A stretch of 64,000 nt of DNA from Eledone cirrhosa. Lineage: Eukaryota. Made by a program: the position numbers and the translations under genes. The notes under the pieces were generated by a model. It was not told the origin of the DNA and made no database searches. It saw nothing but the letters and a program-made list of their open reading frames with translations. Shown here one piece after another: positions 58,525 to 64,000 of this stretch; positions within the stretch are counted from its first letter, which is position 1, and each line of letters opens with the position of its first letter. Location: positions 257,548,001-257,612,000 of the forward strand of contig OZ024743.1 of the NCBI GenBank assembly GCA_964016885.1, written 5' to 3'.

Positions 58525-61221
58525 TTAATTGTAAGTTGTGATGTTGCTGTTCCACTCATACTTTCTATTTAATTTTGGTTGTAATTCTTTTATGTTTATT
58601 GCCTCTGTAATTTGTCTAAACATTGCGTCTTTTCTGTGTGTAGATTCTATTTTTATTTCTATGTTCTCTAATTTACCCTTGTGTTCTATTTTAGCATGTT
58701 GGTAGAGTACAGATGATTCTTTACTATCTTCAAGGTCTCGCCAGTGTTCATTTATCCGTTCCCCTACACTACGAGCTGTCTCACCTATGTACACTATATT
58801 TTTGTCTCTACATTGTCCTTTAGTACATCTTATGCTATACACTACATTTCTAGTTTTACAGTTAATATGGGGGCTTATTTTACAGGTTATACATTTCTTA
58901 TCTATACATGAGGGTCTTTGAAATGAGTATGTCTTGCTAATGAGTGTTTTTACGGAGGTACCTGGTCTTTCTACTATCTTAATATTGAGTTTATGTTTAT
59001 TTAGGGCCCTTCTAATTTTGTAAGCTAATTCACCTCTTGGGGTTGTATCGATGAACATTACACTCTGGTATTTATTGCTATCATACCATGAGTTTATTCT
59101 ATTAGCATTGTTCCTAGTTCTTTCTATTCTATTCCAAAATTTGCTCCTATACAAGGGGCAGGTCCCATTTATGTCATTATTTACCATTTTTTCCCATTTA
59201 GTTCTGGCTCCTCTATACACTCGGATTTTATCTCTCTGATTATAGCCAGAGAACTGCATACGGTGGATGAAGTGTTGTATGTGTCTCTCTAGTTCTTCGG
59301 GGTTACACATGCGGGACACGTTTCTCATCACCCGTACCAAATCCGCAATCAGTATGTTGATTTTGGTATGGTCCGAAACGGCCGAGTTTCGGTGGATCAG
59401 ATGTTTGGAAGTCATGGGTTTGGCATAATGGGAATGGAGGATTTGTTTTTTGTTATTAATGGTATCTAACCAGAGCTCTGTGTCTAGTACAGGTAATCGA
59501 TGGTTGGGGTGTTTACTTGGGTAGTCTATAGTAACTCTAATGCTCTGGTGGATGGAGTTAGCTATTTGCTGGATGCTTTCCATTGTGTTTTTCCCTAGTT
59601 CCTGACTGTTCTCTAGTGGGGGTGTCTTAACTACGATGTTTATATCATCAACGTAGCGGGAGTACATTATCAGGGTTAAGGGGTCTTCTAATTGTTCTTT
59701 AAGTTTAAGTTTAAGTCTACTGTCCCACCATACCATGAATAAGTTAGCTATGTCGCCTGCAATGCTAACACCAATGGCTGCTCCTTCCTCTTGGGTATAT
59801 GTTTTTCCATTAAATTTGAACATATGTTCCTTAAGGGTTAGTTTTATGCTGGCCCCTACCGCATGTGCAATCATTTTCTTCAGTTCATCGTGGTTTTCGG
59901 GTGTCCGTATGGATCTGGTCCACCCGTTCCATCTATCTGTGTGGGTTTTCTTGGCCATTGAGGTAATGGTAGGTGGTCTGCCTCTTGCTGGTCTTGTAGG
60001 GCACAGGTTGCTAAGGTCATATGTGTCTAGGTAATTATTACTATAGGTAAGTTTAAGTAAGAGTCCCAGCTCACTGGTATCAATCCCACGGAACTCAACA
60101 TTGCTCTCACTGATCATTTCTACGCATTTCTCCACAGTAAAATCCACGTCAATAGACGGATACAGGGACACAACATCCATACTACCTATTATGCAGTTTG
60201 TTAGGTCCCTAGATCGGTTACTCACGCGGATTCTGCTGAGGAAGTCCTCCGTGCTGTGACATACATCTGGGGACATTTCAATGATGGGGCGTATGATCAG
60301 GGAGAGGAAGTAGGACAGTCTGTAGTTACTAGCAATGTTAGCTCCACAGACTGGCCGTGTTGGTGGTCCCGCGACAGGGTCACTGCCCGTTTTCTGGTCT
60401 TTTCGAAGCCCATACCACGCCGGCACGTCATTGTTCCAGGCCTGGAAGTTTTTGGTAGTCCTTTTGTTGGGCTGCATTATATTCGTCCACATCACCATAT
60501 GGGCATTGAGGGCTTTTTCTCTATCCTCATGCTCCTGTGGTGCTACCTCTCTTGTGTTAGTGATGTGGGGTTGCATTGCCTGGATGTAGTTTGGCAGGCT
60601 GTCAACCGACATTCTGCCAGACTTGTCTGTTGGAAAGTATGCTATCTCTCCATTACGCGAGCGCTGCATGAGCTTACGCAAGCCATTTGCAGATTTTTCT
60701 CCCAGTTGCTGGGCCTCCATTCTATTATGCTTCTTGCTATATTGTTCTATAATATTTCTAAGTTCGGATCTAGCTATACTAAATTGTGCTTCTGTTTGTT
60801 CATCGACCTGCGACGGCAATTGCGTGCGTTTGTTAAATGGTAGAGTCGTGGCGTGGACTCGTCGCAGGTCGAACGATTTATCGGAGGGATTATAAAACGT
60901 AGAGTTCCGGGCTGCTGCATTATGTGTACTAGTGCTATTGTTATTGTTAGTTGTGTTGTTTCTATTTCTATTTCCACCAACAGCCTCATGGTTGTTTCTA
61001 TGTCTCTCATAATTACACCTGTCTCTTTCCACTAGCTCATTGTTGTTATCTACCCTATTTTGTGTGTCTGTGTGTTCGTCTTGGTTATTTTCTTTGTCCT
61101 TAGTCTCCCTTCTCCTTTTAATCCTATTGCTTTCCCTTATTTCTGTGATTTCTGTGCTACTGTCATTAATTGTTCTCTGTGTCTGTGTGTTTGTTAAGAT
61201 TGTGGTGGTGGTGGGAGGCAT
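58525..61221 (-). CDS. Penelope-like element ORF: reverse transcriptase plus C-terminal GIY-YIG endonuclease (possibly Naiad-type)
   Basis: 898-aa open frame. PLE RT motifs GLRKDQK..TRPV, SMDVVSLYPSI, QEEGAAIG..IANLFM, YSRYVDD, LPVLD, YAKP. Cys-rich linker CIDKKCITC..C. GIY-YIG motif VVYSIRC..C..YIGETARS..ER..EH..H..EH, then QITEA and KLN. Clade assignment is from remembered motif resemblance only. Confidence 0.95.
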   Translation of the reverse strand: MPPTTTTILTNTQTQRTINDSSTEITEIRESNRIKRRRETKDKENNQDEHTDTQNRVDNNNELVERDRCNYERHRNNHEAVGGNRNRNNTTNNNNSTSTHNAAARNSTFYNPSDKSFDLRRVHATTLPFNKRTQLPSQVDEQTEAQFSIARSELRNIIEQYSKKHNRMEAQQLGEKSANGLRKLMQRSRNGEIAYFPTDKSGRMSVDSLPNYIQAMQPHITNTREVAPQEHEDREKALNAHMVMWTNIMQPNKRTTKNFQAWNNDVPAWYGLRKDQKTGSDPVAGPPTRPVCGANIASNYRLSYFLSLIIRPIIEMSPDVCHSTEDFLSRIRVSNRSRDLTNCIIGSMDVVSLYPSIDVDFTVEKCVEMISESNVEFRGIDTSELGLLLKLTYSNNYLDTYDLSNLCPTRPARGRPPTITSMAKKTHTDRWNGWTRSIRTPENHDELKKMIAHAVGASIKLTLKEHMFKFNGKTYTQEEGAAIGVSIAGDIANLFMVWWDSRLKLKLKEQLEDPLTLIMYSRYVDDINIVVKTPPLENSQELGKNTMESIQQIANSIHQSIRVTIDYPSKHPNHRLPVLDTELWLDTINNKKQILHSHYAKPMTSKHLIHRNSAVSDHTKINILIADLVRVMRNVSRMCNPEELERHIQHFIHRMQFSGYNQRDKIRVYRGARTKWEKMVNNDINGTCPLYRSKFWNRIERTRNNANRINSWYDSNKYQSVMFIDTTPRGELAYKIRRALNKHKLNIKIVERPGTSVKTLISKTYSFQRPSCIDKKCITCKISPHINCKTRNVVYSIRCTKGQCRDKNIVYIGETARSVGERINEHWRDLEDSKESSVLYQHAKIEHKGKLENIEIKIESTHRKDAMFRQITEAINIKELQPKLNRKYEWNSNITTYN

Positions 61222-61694
61222 TGAATGTGTGTGTGTTGTTGTTGTCTCCGTGTGTGTTATTATTGTTGTGTGTGTTGTTATTGTTGTTTGTGTCTGCGTG
61301 TCTGTTGTTGTTGTTTCTGGGTATGTTATTATTGTTGTTGTTGTTGTTGTTGTTATTGTTGTTTGTGTCTGTGTGTCTGTTGTTGTTGGGATGTGTGTTG
61401 TATATGTGTGTGCGTATATTGTTTCTTTTGTTTTTGTTTTTGTTTTTGAGGCTCCAGCGTAGTTTTGTAAATGATTTTTCTATTTCTGACAGACATCTAA
61501 TCATATTTACCTTCTTGAATGTCGCAAATCGCGGGGGCAGATATAATACCGATAACTCATCGTCATCTATTATTGTGTTGCCGTATATATTTGTGTTGTT
61601 GTTGTTGAACTCATCCGTTAATGAGGTGTCGGCCATATTTATACCGTCAAATTTGTCGGGATATCTATTGGTATTCTCTATAGTATCCTGATTT
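61222..61694 (-). pseudogene. N-terminal continuation of the PLE ORF in a shifted frame, 5'-truncated at ~61694
   Basis: Frame of ORF 61166..61918 reads DELSVLYLPPRFATF..EIEKSFTKLRW, which resembles the PLE pre-RT region. It is offset by 1 nt from the 898-aa frame across an (AAC)n/(AC)n low-complexity tract. Confidence 0.75.
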
Positions 61695-62131
61695 AACAAA
61701 AAACAAAAACAAAAGCAACAATATACGCACACACATATACAACACACATCCCAACAACAACAGACACACAGACACAAGGGTAAATTAGAGAACATAGAAA
61801 TAAAAATAGAATCTACACACAGAAAAGACGCAATGTTTAGACAAATTACAGAGGCAATAAACATAAAAGAATTACAACCAAAATTAAATAGAAAATATGA
61901 GTGGAACAGCAACATCACAACTTACAATTAAGGACAAAATGAAAACACACACACACATAGAACAAACAACCAACCAGTTGCATGTAAATAAACAAATAAA
62001 TAAATGAACATAAACACACACAGACACCCGGATGTGGCGCATGCGCAGACTGAGCACACAACACATACACAGAAACAAAATGGCGTAGGACAGAACAAAG
62101 GAGAGGCACAGAAACAAAGAAAGGAATCCCC

Positions 62132-62176
62132 AGTCACTGAAGAGGTCACAGAGTGTGTGACGAAAGAACTATGACT
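62132..62176 (+). ncRNA. Minimal type I hammerhead ribozyme in the inverted pLTR of PLE A
   Basis: AGTCA-CTGAAGA-G-GTCACA-gagtg-TGTGAC-GAAA-GAAC-TA-TGACT. Stem I AGTCA/TGACT, stem II GTCACA/TGTGAC, 2-bp stem III, predicted cleavage after 62171. Confidence 0.8.
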
Positions 62177-62377
62177 ATATATAAACAACTATCTGGTTGT
62201 GGAACCAACCAACCAACCAGAAGCTTATAAATTTATAAATTTATTATAATAAATTGAAGTGAAAGCAACTGGTGCGTGTGTTTCTTATTGGCAACATGAC
62301 CCTCCTAAAGTATAACAATATCGGTTTCAACACACGATTTCAGATAAAGAATCTTGCTAAACAAATTCAGAAACGAA

Positions 62378-62580
<203 letters not shown>

Positions 62581-62611
62581 CATATATATACATATATATA
62601 TATACATATAT

Positions 62612-62878
62612 ACTCAGAGCTGTATGGGAGCATCCCAAAAGTCAGCTCAAAAGTGACACAGAGGAGACTGATGTTAGCTAGACATGCTCACCGACATCCA
62701 GAGTTAACATTGCACTCAGTGCTCCTTTGGGAGCCCCTACATGGACACACTAGAAGAGGAAGACCAAGGTTAATGTATGTTGATGCCCTAAGGACAGACA
62801 CTGGTCTGTTGGAGACACAGGACAGAGACCGCTGGAGAGAACTCGTCCATGGATCTCGGGAATTTTACCCGCCTTAGA
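62612..62878 (+). mobile_element. 3' fragment of the same LINE family, inside (TA)n
   Basis: [44 protein letters not shown]; matches 46715-46993. Confidence 0.87.
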
Positions 62879-62994
<116 letters not shown>

Positions 62995-63005
62995 ATATAT
63001 ATATA

Positions 63006-63157
<152 letters not shown>

Positions 63158-63661
63158 TAGCGAAGCAAACGGTTATTAAACAATTTTCTAAATAAATTTA
63201 AAAATGTTTAAATAATCACCTGTTCAGACGCTGTTACCGACGGTTTCATCATTCCGAAAGATTGAAAATCCAACGAATTTCCAATGGAAAGAAATGAATC
63301 TTCAGACAGCCCTATTTCCACGCCATAAGGTATCTAGCCTAATAGCAAGTAAATATTATGCTCCCTGCCCAACGCATGCGGTCAAGCCGTTAAAATGACA
63401 CACACGCAAATCAGGTCGCTGATAAAAGCTGGATATTATAAACATGTCGAATTGCCACTAAAATTAGCAGCATTATTCAACGTTTTGTTCTGCTGCTATT
63501 TATAGTGGTAGTAGACTGACCTCTCTGCCTCTGCTTATTTCTTTACACACGGCACTGGACAGAATTGCTTCCACATCATTCATTCTCATCTCGGGAACAA
63601 TTTTGAATAGCGCCAGTTCGTAATTTGAACTCGGGAATTTTATATTCTCCAAGTGAAAAGA

Positions 63662-63747
63662 GCCTTCTGACGAGAGTTTATCTTTTCAATGGAAGGCCGC
63701 ATTTATGTCCATTTATTTTTTAGACTCGAAACCGATTCGGTAAAGGT
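63662..63747 (+). ncRNA. Canonical type I hammerhead ribozyme, orphan
   Basis: GCCTT-CTGACGA-GAGTTTA-(40-nt loop)-TAGACTC-GAAA-CCG-att-CGG-TA-AAGGT. All three stems pair and the core is intact. Predicted cleavage after 63742. Confidence 0.85.
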
Positions 63748-63833
63748 AACCATAGTGAGTACAGCGAATCATTTAAAATTTATTTTGAAACTTTTTCTTA
63801 TTTGCTAAACCTGATTATATATATATATATGTA

Positions 63834-64000
63834 TCATCATCATCATTTCATTTTACGTCCGCTTTTTCCCTGCCTGCAAGGGTGGGACGGGAACTGATTC
63901 TTGCTTGATTTCTACAGCTGGATGCCCTTCCTAACACCAACCTCATTTACAGTGAGTGCTGGGTGCTTTTTTGCCATGGCACCCCCACGACCACTTTGCA
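63834..64000 (-). mobile_element. RTE LINE 3' UTR fragment running off the window edge
   Basis: (CAT)n followed by TTTACGTCCGCTTTTTCCCTGCCTGCAAGGG and GGATGCCCTTCCTAACACC. Confidence 0.78.

Noticed and set aside
60256-60843. 195-aa plus-strand ORF inside PLE A
   Set aside because: Antisense shadow of the RT coding frame.

Overview
AT-rich eukaryotic (animal) genomic DNA, intronic or intergenic and almost entirely repeat-derived. The SINE and LINE families and the extreme (TA)n/(TG)n load resemble cephalopod (octopus-like) DNA; this is an inference, not a verified assignment. No host protein-coding gene can be supported, and nearly all listed ORFs are microsatellite artefacts. The main real coding feature is a near-intact Penelope-like retroelement (PLE; RT plus GIY-YIG, 898-aa ORF on the minus strand, 58.5-61.7 kb) with an inverted pseudo-LTR (pLTR). 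A second, unrelated 5'-truncated PLE forms a ~5.1-kb inverted repeat (21.2-26.3 kb). The window also holds many 3' fragments of RTE-type LINEs (one with a twin-priming-type inversion), tRNA-derived SINEs, mariner relics, MITEs, fold-back palindromes, a 5.3-kb microsatellite and a 200-N gap. Manual folding shows at least four distinct type I hammerhead ribozyme motifs: two in PLE pLTRs, one orphan canonical motif at 63.7 kb, and one U3-A8 core variant duplicated in a palindrome at 37.8-37.9 kb. Boundaries of decayed repeats are approximate, and no database search or folding program was run.
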